Positions 27,977 through 39,143 of a stretch of DNA of 64,000 nt are shown here, in pieces; the first letter of the stretch is position 1, and each line of letters opens with the position of its first letter. The notes beneath the pieces are model-generated. The model had not been told where the DNA came from. It saw nothing but the letters and a program-made list of their open reading frames with translations, and did not search any database. Source of the stretch: Longimicrobiales bacterium (GTDB taxonomy: Bacteria > Gemmatimonadota > Gemmatimonadetes > Longimicrobiales > Gaopeijiaceae); NCBI GenBank assembly GCA_965219445.1, contig CBDCNQ010000002.1:96001-160000 (forward strand), given 5' to 3'. Position numbers and translations under genes: made by a program.

Positions 27977-30691
27977 ATGCGTTTCCGCTTGATCGGCGCC
28001 TTCGTGCTCGGCCTTTTCGTCGCTTCAATCCCGAGCGTCGCGGTGTCCGCGCAGTCGGTGACCACCCCCCAGGAGCAGTTCGGGCACGAGATCGGTGCCG
28101 ATTACCAACTCGTCAATTACACGGAGCTGTACGGATACTTCCAGAAGCTCGCCGGAGAGTCCGACCGGATGACGGTCGAGGATATCGGACTCACCGAGGA
28201 GGGACGTCCACAGGTCATGGCCGTGATCACCTCTCCGGCGAATCGATCCAACCTCGAGCGCTATCGCGAGATTTCCGAGCGATTGGCCAGGAGCGACGGC
28301 GTGTCAGAGGACGAGGCCCGGCGGCTGGCGCAGGAAGGCAAGGCCGTAATCTGGATCGACGGCGGCTTACACGCGTCCGAGGTCCTGGGCGCCCAGCAGC
28401 TCATCGAGCTCGTGTACCGAATGGTCAGCCGTTCGGACCCGGAGACCCTGCGCATCCTCGACGAGGTAATTCTGTTAGCGGTTCAGGTCAATCCAGATGG
28501 CATGGAGTTGGTTTCCGACTGGTACATGCGTGAGTCCAATCCCTTGCGGAGAAGTACAGGGGACCTCCCCGTCTTGTACCAGAAGTACGCGGGTCACGAC
28601 AACAACCGCGACTTCTACATGTCCGCCCTGGCCGAGACGACCAACATCAACCGCGTGTTGTTTCATGAGTGGTTTCCTCAGATCGTCTACAATCACCACC
28701 AGACCGGCCCATCGGGCACCGTGATGTACGCGCCTCCTTTCAGGGATCCGCCCAACCACAACCTCGATCCGCTCATCCTGACTGGCCTCGACGCAATTGG
28801 GGCCGCGATGCACGGGCGCTTCGTGGTGGAGGGAAAGGGGGGCACGACCATGCGCTCCGGAGCATCGTACTCGACGTGGTGGAACGGTGGCCTGCGCACC
28901 ACGCCTTACTTCAAGAATATGATCGGGTTGCTGACCGAGACGATCGGTAATCCGACGCCGATCCAAATCCCATTCCGACCCGAGCGGCAGTTGCCGCACG
29001 GAGATCTGCCGTTGCCGGTGGAGCCGGGTGAGTGGCACTTCAGGCAATCCATCGAATACTCGCAGACGGCGAACTGGGCAGTCCTGGACTACGCCGCCCG
29101 AAACCGGGATCACCTGCTGTTCAACATCTGGCGAATGGGGATGAACTCGATTGAGCGGGGGAGCGAGGACACGTGGACCGTCCTGCCGTTCGAAGCGGAG
29201 GCCGCCGCCGCCGCGTTGGGTTCGAGAAGGACCGGAACGGCGGCCGACTATCGGAGACTCCTGCAGGCTCCGGAGAACCGAGACCCACGTGGATTCATAA
29301 TCCCGTCGGATCAGGCCGACTTCTCCACGGCCACGAAGTTCGTCAACACCTTTCTGAAGAACGGCGTCGAGGTGCACCGGGCGACCACGGATTTCGCGGT
29401 CGGCGGCGATCGCTATCCGGCCGGATCCTACATCGTAAAGACCGATCAGGCGTTTCGTCCCCACGTCATGGACATGTTCGAGCCGCAGCAGCATCCGAAC
29501 GACTTCGAATATCCTGGGGGACCGCCCATCGCCCCGTACGACAATGCGGGCTGGACTCTGGCCTTTCAGATGGGGGTGGAGTTCGACCGAATTCTGGATG
29601 CTTTCGAGGGCCCGTTCGAGTTGATCGAGGGGCTGGCCCAAATGCCGGCCGGATCCGTCATCGGATCCGGTGGAGACGGGTACGTGTTCGATCATCGCAA
29701 CAACAACGCGTTCCTCGCTGTGAACCGGCTCCTGGCGGACGGGCGACAGGTGGCCTGGCTGTTGGACCCTCCAGTGGGCGTGGATCTACCCGAGGGAGCC
29801 TTTTACGTCGCCGCCAACCAGGTGGACCGATCCGGGTTGGAGGCGCTCGCCGCCGAAGTCGGTGTGGACTTCCAAGCGGTTGTGGCCGCACCCAGAGAGA
29901 CGCTTCGGCTTCGCCGTCCAAGGCTCGCGCTCTGGGACCAGTATGGAGGGTCGATCCAGTCCGGCTGGACTCGGAAAATCTTGGAGGACTTTGGATTCGA
30001 CTTCGAGTTGGTCTATGCGGCGGAGATCGCCGCAGGCGATCTCCGAAGTCGCTTCGACGTGCTGGTCCTCGAGGATGGGGCGGTGCCTCCACCCACCGGA
30101 GGACCCGATTATGGCTTCCCCTCCGACCCGCGTCGGGTGCCTGCGGAGTTCCGCGACCGGATCGGTTCCATCACGGCGGTACGGGGGGTGCCGGAGATCC
30201 TCGACTTTGCCCGAGCTGGAGGGACTGTGATCGCGGTGGGGGCTTCGTCCTGGTTGGGGTATTATGCCGGACTGCCCCTGAGTGACCATCTCGTGGAGAG
30301 TGGGCGTTCGCTCAGCGCAGAGCAATATTACGCGCCCGGGTCGGTCCACTCGCTCAAGATCGAGTCCGGCAGTCCGCTGACGCACGGATTGGGGGATCGC
30401 GTCGACGTGATGATCAGTCACAGCCCGCTCTTCGATCTGGAGCCGGGGGCCGAGGCCTTGGGTGTAAGGCGGCTCGGTTGGTTCGATACCGACCGACCCC
30501 TCCGGAGCGGCTGGGCGTGGGGTCAGGAACGCATGCAGGGTGGAACGGCTCTGATCGAGGCGGAGCTGGGCGACGGAGATCTCTTTCTTTTTACGCCTAG
30601 AATCACATTCCGATCGCAGTCCCACGCTGCCTTCCCGCTTCTTTTCAACGGGATCTTCTACGGTTCGGCCGACGACGAGCCGATCTTCTAG
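27977..30691 (+). CDS. Secreted M14-family zinc carboxypeptidase
   Basis: Signal peptide, GLHASE (HxxE), NPDG, DNNRD, NHHQ. Confidence 0.88.
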   Translation: MRFRLIGAFVLGLFVASIPSVAVSAQSVTTPQEQFGHEIGADYQLVNYTELYGYFQKLAGESDRMTVEDIGLTEEGRPQVMAVITSPANRSNLERYREISERLARSDGVSEDEARRLAQEGKAVIWIDGGLHASEVLGAQQLIELVYRMVSRSDPETLRILDEVILLAVQVNPDGMELVSDWYMRESNPLRRSTGDLPVLYQKYAGHDNNRDFYMSALAETTNINRVLFHEWFPQIVYNHHQTGPSGTVMYAPPFRDPPNHNLDPLILTGLDAIGAAMHGRFVVEGKGGTTMRSGASYSTWWNGGLRTTPYFKNMIGLLTETIGNPTPIQIPFRPERQLPHGDLPLPVEPGEWHFRQSIEYSQTANWAVLDYAARNRDHLLFNIWRMGMNSIERGSEDTWTVLPFEAEAAAAALGSRRTGTAADYRRLLQAPENRDPRGFIIPSDQADFSTATKFVNTFLKNGVEVHRATTDFAVGGDRYPAGSYIVKTDQAFRPHVMDMFEPQQHPNDFEYPGGPPIAPYDNAGWTLAFQMGVEFDRILDAFEGPFELIEGLAQMPAGSVIGSGGDGYVFDHRNNNAFLAVNRLLADGRQVAWLLDPPVGVDLPEGAFYVAANQVDRSGLEALAAEVGVDFQAVVAAPRETLRLRRPRLALWDQYGGSIQSGWTRKILEDFGFDFELVYAAEIAAGDLRSRFDVLVLEDGAVPPPTGGPDYGFPSDPRRVPAEFRDRIGSITAVRGVPEILDFARAGGTVIAVGASSWLGYYAGLPLSDHLVESGRSLSAEQYYAPGSVHSLKIESGSPLTHGLGDRVDVMISHSPLFDLEPGAEALGVRRLGWFDTDRPLRSGWAWGQERMQGGTALIEAELGDGDLFLFTPRITFRSQSHAAFPLLFNGIFYGSADDEPIF

Positions 30692-30905
30692 GCGGGGTAC
30701 GCGACCTCGACGTAAATCTTCGATTTGGATCTCTCGCTGGGCGGAACCTGCCGGAGGGCAGGCAGCTATTAAGTGGGGAGGCGTTCCAGAATCTCGCGGG
30801 CCTCGAGAAGTGCCTAGGCACCTCTGGACCCTCACGCCAAGGTCAGCGATTAGGGGTGCAGGGAACATACGAAACGAGCTTGTGGCACCCGGTTGAGGAG
30901 TTCAA

Positions 30906-32000
30906 TTGAATAAGAAGATTGCGATAAGGGCGGCTGGTCGAAGAGGGATCGCACTGGCGTTCGCGGCCCAGTGCTTCTTAGCGGGCGCAGCCGCTGCTCA
31001 GATCAGCGGCGTGATCACGAGAAATGGGGGAATACCCGTCGAGGGTGTGTCCGTCGAAGCGTGGAGCGTGGACCGAAGGGTTGCGGCGACGCTGACCGAC
31101 GATTCGGGAGTGTTCTCTTTTTCTGAGGCGATCGCCCTGAATACTGTCATGCTCCGTGTCGGCGCCCTCGGATTCGAGGTGGGGGAGGTGGCGGTTCAGA
31201 GCGGGCTGACCACCTACGACATCGAATTGACGGAGGCTCCCTTGGCGGTCGAGGGGCTCGTCGTGACGATGGAAGAAGCCACGTGCGAGATGGGCAGGGA
31301 CGACGAGCGGGCGAGGAAGCTCTGGCAGTTTGCCCGAATCCGCTATGACGGGCTGATGGATACGCTCGGCGTCGCGACCTACCTGGCCGAGGCAGATACG
31401 ATCGTGCCGCTGTCCGAGCTCGGAGCTCTGCAACTTCCGGAGCTCAACCTGAGCCAAAGGGGGTCATCGTCCCTGCTGCGCTTCAATTGGACACGGCGCA
31501 TCGATCGGGATGGATACGCGTTCGCGGTTCGGCGAATGAACGAGACGGGACCCTACGACTCCTGGGTATATCCCCCTCTCGAGGCCGACTTCGCTCCCCA
31601 CTTCGCGGATGATGTGTTCGGGGAGCGGCATCGCTTCGTGATCGACGATGAGGGCCCAGACGGATGGCGGCTAGCGTACTGCCCGAAGGACCTGGGCAAG
31701 CCGTCCATCAAGGGCACCGTCACATTGGCTCGGGATACCACGTTCGCCGCGGTCGACTGGCTGTTCGACACGCCGGAACCCGTGGAGCACGCCGGTGGGC
31801 GCGCCTCCTTCGCACCCATCCTCCCAGGCTCCGCGCTCAGTCATCTCCTGCCGACCGAGGCGGTCATTTGGCGCGCCGTACCCACGGGAGACTACCTGCA
31901 GAGCTACCAGCGGTATGAAGACTGGATGGTCGCGCCGGGCGATTCCGTGCCCCTTCTGCCGCTACGACGAGAGGCCGGCGAAGCGGCGGTCAGTCGCTGA
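30906..32000 (+). CDS. Secreted protein with carboxypeptidase-regulatory-like N-terminal domain
   Basis: Signal peptide; ISGVIT..GIPVEGVSV...TDDSGVFSF...VGALGF. Confidence 0.72.
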   Translation: MNKKIAIRAAGRRGIALAFAAQCFLAGAAAAQISGVITRNGGIPVEGVSVEAWSVDRRVAATLTDDSGVFSFSEAIALNTVMLRVGALGFEVGEVAVQSGLTTYDIELTEAPLAVEGLVVTMEEATCEMGRDDERARKLWQFARIRYDGLMDTLGVATYLAEADTIVPLSELGALQLPELNLSQRGSSSLLRFNWTRRIDRDGYAFAVRRMNETGPYDSWVYPPLEADFAPHFADDVFGERHRFVIDDEGPDGWRLAYCPKDLGKPSIKGTVTLARDTTFAAVDWLFDTPEPVEHAGGRASFAPILPGSALSHLLPTEAVIWRAVPTGDYLQSYQRYEDWMVAPGDSVPLLPLRREAGEAAVSR

Positions 32001-32838
32001 GTGTCCGTCTGAGATAGCCCTTCAGTCGCTGCCAGGCGTCGAGCGCAGGCTCGGTCCGAAGCTCCGGATCTTCATCGATGCGGAGCCAGAACCCATGGTT
32101 CACTTCGTCATAAATGTGGACATCGTTCTCGACCCCGGCGGCCCGGAGCGCCGAAACGAATTCGTTCACGGTCTCCGGCGGGATGCCATTGTCCATCTCG
32201 GCAAAGCTGCCGTACACCTCGTGATCGATCGAGGTGAGGACCGTTGGGTCCGTGACGAGACTTCCGTAGAAGATGGCCGTCGCTTCGTGCTCTTCACCGC
32301 CGAGAGCGTAGCTGAGCGCCACGCCACCCCCGAAGCACCACCCCATGGTACCCACCCGCCCGGTCACATCGTCCCTTCCCCGAAGGAATCGTGCGGCGGC
32401 ATCGAGATTGGCGATCATCGTTTCGGGGTCCGCCCCGATCTCCCTCACCAACGCCATGTTTTCATCCGGATTTGACCCGACCCGTCCGGAGTAGAGATCG
32501 GCGGCCAAGGCGACGTAACCCTCGGCAGCCATCGCGTCGGCGACCTCGCGGACTCGATCCACCAGCCCATCCCATTCGTGAATCAAGATCAAGGCCGGGA
32601 AGGGGCCCCTCCCCTCGGGGACGGACAGGTATCCGACGGCGGCGTCATCCCCGGCGAAGTAGGAAACCGACTGGCCGCTCAGAGGACCCGCCATGCCGAG
32701 AATGGCCGCCGGGAGAGCGTCGTCGGTCGGAGAGGACTCTGCGGGTGGCGCGTCTCCGGTGCAGGAGGCTCCAGCGAAGAGAATCGCCAGAATGAGCACC
32801 AGGCCGCTGGTTCGGTCAAATCCTCCGATCGCTGTCAT
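31990..32838 (-). CDS. Dienelactone hydrolase family lipoprotein
   Basis: IHEWDGL, GWCFGG, NHGF; lipobox-like FAGASC. Confidence 0.9.
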   Translation of the reverse strand: MTAIGGFDRTSGLVLILAILFAGASCTGDAPPAESSPTDDALPAAILGMAGPLSGQSVSYFAGDDAAVGYLSVPEGRGPFPALILIHEWDGLVDRVREVADAMAAEGYVALAADLYSGRVGSNPDENMALVREIGADPETMIANLDAAARFLRGRDDVTGRVGTMGWCFGGGVALSYALGGEEHEATAIFYGSLVTDPTVLTSIDHEVYGSFAEMDNGIPPETVNEFVSALRAAGVENDVHIYDEVNHGFWLRIDEDPELRTEPALDAWQRLKGYLRRTLSD

Positions 32839-33070
32839 GGTTCTTTCCCTTTACGTGATGGCAGTCCACGAATGGTGGTCCGGGAGCGTTTCCTCAACTG
32901 AACGCGACCAGGTGACGAGCATAACGTGAGAGCGGCCTGATCGCGAGCCGCCCGAGACTTGCAAAATCGAGAAGGACGCACCGAAACTCCTTGATTTTCA
33001 AGGAAAAAAAGTCGAAGCTTCGACGCCCCGCTTTCACAGATATCGCCTCACTTTTGGACGGTTGGAGCAT

Positions 33071-33886
33071 GTGAGCCGCCAATCAACATGGGCCTTGGGC
33101 CCGTCAGGGTTCGCGAACCGGTTCTTCGCCGGGGTTGGGCGCGCGGCCAGCTTGGTCGCGGAGCACGCCGGGCAGCTCGGCCTATTGGTGTGGAACATCG
33201 GCGTTGCGTGCGTTAGGCTACGGGTGTCCCGCCGAGACATCCTACGCCAGATCTACGCCATCGGAATCCAAAGCATTCTCATCGTGTTGGTGGCGGCCGG
33301 CCTCATCGGCATCGTGACGAGCCAACAGGGCGGCTACCAGATGCAGAGTCAACTCCCGCTCTATGTCATGGGATCCATCGTCGTGGAGAGCGTCATTCTC
33401 GAGATGGGCCCGGTCCTCACGGCCATCGTGATGATAGGTAGGGTCGGCGCGCGGATTACGGCGGAGCTCGGCACGATGAGGGTTTCCGAACAGATCGACG
33501 CCCTTTATTCGGTGGGCAGGGACCCGGTCGAGATCCTCGCTGCACCACGGGTGCTGGCGACGATCGTCTCGATGCCGCTACTGGTATCGCTGGCCAACCT
33601 CGTCGGTATCACAACGGGGATGATTTCTGCCCAGTACACGCTTGGGCTTGGCTCCGAGACGTTTTTCTACGGTGCCCGCTTGTTCTGGCATTCGTACGAC
33701 ATGTTCTATTCGCTCATGAAGGCGTTGGTGTTCGGCGCGGCGATTCCGCTCATCGCAGTCCACATGGGCCTCCGAACGACCGGTGGAGCGGAGGGCGTCG
33801 GGAGAACCACGACGCACTCCGTGGTATTCATGACCCTGACGATTCTCGTCATCGACGCCATGTTCCCTCCCCTTTTCCTCAATTAG
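33071..33886 (+). CDS. mlaE: MlaE-family ABC permease
   Basis: EMGPVLTA, GRVGARITAELGTMRVSEQIDAL, GGAEGVG. Confidence 0.92.
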   Translation: MSRQSTWALGPSGFANRFFAGVGRAASLVAEHAGQLGLLVWNIGVACVRLRVSRRDILRQIYAIGIQSILIVLVAAGLIGIVTSQQGGYQMQSQLPLYVMGSIVVESVILEMGPVLTAIVMIGRVGARITAELGTMRVSEQIDALYSVGRDPVEILAAPRVLATIVSMPLLVSLANLVGITTGMISAQYTLGLGSETFFYGARLFWHSYDMFYSLMKALVFGAAIPLIAVHMGLRTTGGAEGVGRTTTHSVVFMTLTILVIDAMFPPLFLN

Positions 33887-33894
33887 GCCGGCCC

Positions 33895-34692
33895 GTGTCT
33901 GTTACTGGAAACGGGTCGGGGGCGGTCATCGAGTATCGGAACGTATTCAAGGCGTTCGACGCCCCGGTCCTCTCGGGTGTGACGCTCTCCGTGTACCAGG
34001 GCGAGATGGTCGCTCTCTTCGGCCCTTCTGGAACGGGGAAGAGCGTGCTCCTCAAGACGACCATCGCCCTCGTCACACCGGATCGGGGAGACGTGACCGT
34101 GAGCGGGGAGTCCGTCTACTTCGGAGGCCGTGACGTGATTGAAAAAATCCGTCGGAAGGTCGGATATGTCTTTCAATACGCCGCGCTCTTCGATTCGCTG
34201 ACGGTCTTTGAGAATATCGAAATGGGGATTCCGGAACAGAGCATGAAGCGGATGAGCGAAAAGGACGTGGCACACCGCGCCTGGGAGGTATTGGACCTCG
34301 TCAACCTGGAACCCCGGCAGGTGCTGGGTATGCTTCCGGCCGAGCTGTCGGGTGGGATGAAGAAGCGCGTCGGCATCGCAAGGGCCATCGCGGGACACCC
34401 GGAAATCTTGCTATGGGACGAGCCCACTACGGGACTCGATCCGGTGAACACGGCCGCCATCGAGCGACTCATCAAACGGCTTTCGGACGACCTGCAAGTG
34501 ACGTCTCTGCTGGTCACCCACGATATCGAGGGTGGCCTCGAAATGTGCGATCGGGTCGCGATGCTCGAAGGAGGGCACCTCCGTTTCCTTGGCTCACCGG
34601 AGGAATTTCGAGAGAGCGGCGACCCGGTAGTGAACGCGTTTGTGGATCGGGAAGCTGCGACCGTGGCCTTGGACACGTTGGAAATCAGTTGA
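33895..34692 (+). CDS. mlaF: MlaF-family ABC ATPase
   Basis: GPSGTGKS, LSGGMKKR, DEPTTGLDP, VTHD. Confidence 0.92.
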   Translation: MSVTGNGSGAVIEYRNVFKAFDAPVLSGVTLSVYQGEMVALFGPSGTGKSVLLKTTIALVTPDRGDVTVSGESVYFGGRDVIEKIRRKVGYVFQYAALFDSLTVFENIEMGIPEQSMKRMSEKDVAHRAWEVLDLVNLEPRQVLGMLPAELSGGMKKRVGIARAIAGHPEILLWDEPTTGLDPVNTAAIERLIKRLSDDLQVTSLLVTHDIEGGLEMCDRVAMLEGGHLRFLGSPEEFRESGDPVVNAFVDREAATVALDTLEIS

Positions 34693-34720
34693 GTGACGAC
34701 CCGGTAAACAGGAGCATCCC

Positions 34721-35677
34721 TTGACGGTAAACGAGATCCCAGGCTCTTCTGGCGGGCAGGTCGAGGAGGTCGTGCCTCCGCAGGCCGGAAAGCGGCAGGT
34801 TCGTATTGGAGTGTTCGTGCTCGCTGGGTTGATCGCGACCATCTATCTCCTCTATCTCCTCACCGATCCTGCAACGTTCCGGAACCGGTACCGAGTCACG
34901 ACGACCGTCGACAACGTGATGGGGCTCCGCAAGGGCGACCCGGTCCAGATGCGGGGGGTGAACATCGGTCAGGTCAATGACTTCGTGCTGGGCCCGACGG
35001 GTGACGATGTCGTGATCGTCCTCGAGATCGAGGGCCAGTGGATCCTTCCCGAGGGCTCGACGACTCAACTCGTGACTCCGGGACTCATGGCTCCCAGAAC
35101 CGTGGAAGTCCTGCCGGGCCCCGGGCCTGGAACGATCGGTCGCGGGGGCACGATGCCGGGCATAGCGATGAAGGGGTTACTGGACGATACGGAGTCCCTA
35201 GGGGAGAAGGGGCAAATGGCTCTCGACAGGATCACCGAGCTGCTGTCCCCGGAGAACCTGGACGCAATCGGTGAAAGCGCCGGAGGTCTCAGCACGCTTG
35301 TAGGTGACCTCTCGGATATCGTGGAGTCCGAGAGCGACAACCTGAAGGCATTGATCGAATCGTTGAGCCGGGCAGCGGACGGTCTCGCGGAGATGACCGC
35401 GGGTGGGCCGGAGCTGCGGGAGGATCTGACGAGCACGATGGCCTCGGCGGACTCCCTCATGGTGCGCCTCAACGCCACGTCGGAGAGCATCGAGGGGGTC
35501 GTCGCATCCCTTGAAACGATTCTCAACCGCATGGAAAACGGCGAGGGCACCCTGGGCCAACTCTCGGTCAACGATTCGCTCTTTACGAGCTTGTCAGCGG
35601 CCGTCGAGAGCGCCCGTCTTCTCATGGACGACGTTCGGGAGAATCCCGGACGCTACATCAACGTCTCCATCTTCTAG
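34721..35677 (+). CDS. mlaD: MlaD/MCE-family protein
   Basis: N-terminal TM, GLRKGDPVQMRGVNIGQV MCE motif, helical tail with GEGTLGQL. Confidence 0.9.
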   Translation: MTVNEIPGSSGGQVEEVVPPQAGKRQVRIGVFVLAGLIATIYLLYLLTDPATFRNRYRVTTTVDNVMGLRKGDPVQMRGVNIGQVNDFVLGPTGDDVVIVLEIEGQWILPEGSTTQLVTPGLMAPRTVEVLPGPGPGTIGRGGTMPGIAMKGLLDDTESLGEKGQMALDRITELLSPENLDAIGESAGGLSTLVGDLSDIVESESDNLKALIESLSRAADGLAEMTAGGPELREDLTSTMASADSLMVRLNATSESIEGVVASLETILNRMENGEGTLGQLSVNDSLFTSLSAAVESARLLMDDVRENPGRYINVSIF

Positions 35678-35717
35678 AGATCCCTTAAGAGCCGTCCTGC
35701 CCTCCCAGGTTGTCCTA

Positions 35718-38700
35718 CTACCACCCCGGAGACAGCACGAATCCCCAGTGCGCTCCCTTATCCGGGCGCTGGAACGGATGCGCATAGTAGGCCTCCAGGA
35801 TCAGGAATCCGAAGAGGTTGAAGCGCGCCCCGCCGCCCACAGAGAACACCGGTACGCGCTGCCCACCTGAGCGCACGAAATCGAAGTTGACCTCGTTGAA
35901 ATCGTTGAAGGCGAGTCCCGCGTCCCCAAAGACAAAAACTTCGGTGGGAAGATACGGGAAATTGAGAAGCGCAAACCGCGGCATTCCGATTAGCGGAATG
36001 CGAAACTCGAGGTTCACCACGCCGAGGCGGTGACCGAAGAGGCGGTCGAATCCGGCGCAAGTACCCACTACGGCACCCGGCTCCAGGGAGGTTGCCGCAC
36101 ATTCGTCCGCCCCGTCCTGCCCCCTGAAGCTTTCGAAGGAGTACCCACGAATGAAGGTCTCGTAACCCAAGAAGAAGGGTTGAATCGTCGCAGTAGCGCG
36201 GTCCGGGTCCAGATTTCCGTACCGGCCGAAATGAAGAGCTCGGGCCGCGAACGTCATGTTCTTGCCGGGGCTAACGTAACGCCGGTAATCCGCTACGACG
36301 GTCGTGAAATTCTTTGTACCGAGGGCCTGCCCCACCTCCAACCGAAAACGCCCGCCTGACACAGGAGAGGTGAAGCCCATGTTCGAGTTGTCGCCGACTA
36401 GTGCAAGGGAGCCCGTGGCGAGATTGAGGGCGTCTCTAGAGGGAAGGGACGTGTCCTGGCGTCCCAAGAAAAAACCGAATTGATCGAAAACGAATGTCTG
36501 TTCTTCGAGGTCGAAGGAATAGCGCTGGACCCCTATGTTACCCTCCACTCGACGCGTCGTGGAGAACGGATAGGCGGCCATGTAACTGAGCTGACTTACG
36601 TTGATGCGTTGCAATATCTGGGTGATGCTCTGGCTGCCGTCGGGGTTCAGCTCCCGAAACGAGAAGCCCTGAAGGTAGGGAATCCGACCGCCGCTTACTC
36701 CCCAATTCATTCTCTTCGCCTGGTTTATGTAAAAGGCCTGTCCGCCGATGTCCTTGAACGACCCCTGAGCCTGAACCATCACGCCAAGCGTCCGATTGCC
36801 AAGCATGTCACTGAAGAATGCCGACGCGCCGCCGGCGGCATATTGCCCGAACCGATCCGTGCCCACCCCGATGGTCGGCTGCCCTAGGTAATCGAGGGAG
36901 AGGGAGGAATCGTACTCGACCGCGTTCTCGGCGAGATAGGTTCCGCTAGGTGCGAGTCCCATGATCGGATCGGCGAGGTACCCGGCGATGCGGCTCGACC
37001 GCGACGGCGCCGTCGGCGGGAGGAGGCGGCCCGGCTGCTGTGCGGAGGACGCGGAGATCAGTTGGCCACCCGCATCGGCTTCGCCGGCCTGGAGACTGTA
37101 CACGTGGAACTCCATCTGGTCGAACACGGTGAAGAGGATCGTTCCGGCGTCTCGGGCCACGGATAGCGTCGGAGACATTCCGGTGATCCCGCTCACGGCG
37201 GTCTGCAGCATGGTGATGCGGCGGAGGTCCCGTGATTCGAACGTGTACTGGTAGATATCGCTGAAGCCGTCCTGGTCCGACACGAAGTATAGGCTTCGCC
37301 CGTCCGGCGCATATTGCGGATTGATGTGCTTGACCTCGCCGAACACACTGAGCGTGGTTACCTCGTTGGAGGCCACATCCAGGAACGCGATCTGCGGCTT
37401 GCTGTACTGGAGGGCCTCGAAGTCCGTAATCGCTCCCCGATCGGAAACGAAGGCGATCGTAGATCCGTCCGGCGACCAGGTGGGCTGAAGGTCGGCGTGC
37501 TTATCGTCCGTGAGCTGCCTCAGCGCACCCGTGCCGACATCCCACGTATAAATATCGCTCACGCCCCCGGCGAGTCCCGAAAAGGCGATGAATTGGCCGT
37601 CCGGGGACCAGGCCGGACTGGTAATCGCCCCAATGCCGTCGAGGGCGATTTTCCGTTCGATGTCGCCGCTCTCGACATCCACGATCGCCAACTCGTTGTC
37701 CCCCTCGGCGAACACCGCGAAAACGAACTGGGTGCCGTCTGGCGACCAGTCTCCCGCCGAGTCGATGAACCGTAACGCATCGATATGAGAGTCGCGGTTG
37801 GCGCTGACCAGCGTCCTCTGGATTTCACCGGTCCGCGCATCGGCCACGAAGAGGTCGATACCGAAGAGATCCTTCTCGGACAGGAAGGCGACGAGGCTTC
37901 CGTCTGGACTCACCGACGGAGATACGTTCTGGCGCCCCGCCCCGGTGGATGGCGCCAGGAGCAGCGCTCCGGACTCCCCCGGAGCCTGCCTACCGGCCAT
38001 GAGAGGCAAGTACTCCGCCTCGACCGCCTCTCTCCAGGCCACCGAGAGACTGTCCGAGCTGATGCCCAGCACCTGATTCAAGGCGGGCTCCACCCCGATC
38101 CGGAGCGCCCTTCGGAAAACGTCTACAATCCGGTCATCGCCGTACTGCCCGCCGACATAGGCCCACAGCGCCTGCCCATAACGGTACGGGAAGAACCGAG
38201 TGTCTGTCGTCATTTGCTGGAGGGTGGGCAGGTCTTCCCTGCGAATGGCGTCGCGAAGCCACATGGCGGTGAGCGGGGCATCTCGCCCGGAGGACAAATA
38301 CTCCGCCATTCCCTCGATGAACCAGAGCGGAAGGAGCGACAGACCGCGAATACCGGCACCCGAGCGGCCCTGCGCCACGTTGTATTGGAATGCGTGTACG
38401 AGCTCATGCCCCAGGACGTGGTCGGTATCCGGATATGACCCCGTCATAGGCATGATCACGCGATTCTTGAGCGACTCTGTGACGCCTCCCGTGCCCTCAC
38501 TCAGCCGCCCGCGGAGCGTATTCGTCTGCTGGAAATCGGGGTGATCCGCATAAAGAATGATGGGCTTGGGCTGTTCGAATTCATGCTGAAACAGGCGCGC
38601 GAGCCGCTCGTACCACCGTTCACCCATGCGCGCGGCGTCCTCGACCGCGTCGGCCTCTTCCGGATAGAAGTGGATGTCGTAATGAGGGGTCTTGAGGATC

Positions 38701-38858
38701 CTGAAGTCGAATGTCTCATACTGGACCTTGTTCCGCCCGAAGTACTGGCCGGACGCCGAGGTCGGGATTACGGTACCGGACACAGCCAAAAGGAGCACAA
38801 CGAGGAAGCCCTGCTTCGAGCCCCAGGCCCGCGAATTCGTACGAGTATCAAGCATCAT
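35718..38858 (-). CDS. Omp85/BamA-family outer-membrane protein with zincin-like and PD40 propeller domains
   Basis: Signal peptide, QYFGRNKVQY, HELVH + PLWFIEGMAEY, repeated P.WSPDG, barrel with IRGY; start MMLD at 38858. Confidence 0.85.
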   Translation of the reverse strand: MMLDTRTNSRAWGSKQGFLVVLLLAVSGTVIPTSASGQYFGRNKVQYETFDFRILKTPHYDIHFYPEEADAVEDAARMGERWYERLARLFQHEFEQPKPIILYADHPDFQQTNTLRGRLSEGTGGVTESLKNRVIMPMTGSYPDTDHVLGHELVHAFQYNVAQGRSGAGIRGLSLLPLWFIEGMAEYLSSGRDAPLTAMWLRDAIRREDLPTLQQMTTDTRFFPYRYGQALWAYVGGQYGDDRIVDVFRRALRIGVEPALNQVLGISSDSLSVAWREAVEAEYLPLMAGRQAPGESGALLLAPSTGAGRQNVSPSVSPDGSLVAFLSEKDLFGIDLFVADARTGEIQRTLVSANRDSHIDALRFIDSAGDWSPDGTQFVFAVFAEGDNELAIVDVESGDIERKIALDGIGAITSPAWSPDGQFIAFSGLAGGVSDIYTWDVGTGALRQLTDDKHADLQPTWSPDGSTIAFVSDRGAITDFEALQYSKPQIAFLDVASNEVTTLSVFGEVKHINPQYAPDGRSLYFVSDQDGFSDIYQYTFESRDLRRITMLQTAVSGITGMSPTLSVARDAGTILFTVFDQMEFHVYSLQAGEADAGGQLISASSAQQPGRLLPPTAPSRSSRIAGYLADPIMGLAPSGTYLAENAVEYDSSLSLDYLGQPTIGVGTDRFGQYAAGGASAFFSDMLGNRTLGVMVQAQGSFKDIGGQAFYINQAKRMNWGVSGGRIPYLQGFSFRELNPDGSQSITQILQRINVSQLSYMAAYPFSTTRRVEGNIGVQRYSFDLEEQTFVFDQFGFFLGRQDTSLPSRDALNLATGSLALVGDNSNMGFTSPVSGGRFRLEVGQALGTKNFTTVVADYRRYVSPGKNMTFAARALHFGRYGNLDPDRATATIQPFFLGYETFIRGYSFESFRGQDGADECAATSLEPGAVVGTCAGFDRLFGHRLGVVNLEFRIPLIGMPRFALLNFPYLPTEVFVFGDAGLAFNDFNEVNFDFVRSGGQRVPVFSVGGGARFNLFGFLILEAYYAHPFQRPDKGAHWGFVLSPGW

Positions 38859-39143
38859 TAGGACTCCCCGTTTTCCGGTGTCTGCGCATCCACACAAGGT
38901 ACCGCGTGATCTGTCCGTGAACCAATCTTCGTGCTCTTCAATTTTCGTGCCTTTCAACTTCTCGAACCGAGTACCCCACACCGGGTCGACTGTCCCTCGG
39001 TTGTCGAGTCGCCCCAAGAGGAACCCCCGGAGCGAGCCCACGAGTTCCAACCTTGGCCCTTTACGCCGCTCGCTCGCAGGTGCAAGATTCCTGCCTGTAA
39101 CTGGTGGGGGCTGGCGTAGTCTTTGTTGTTTGCACACGAGGGA

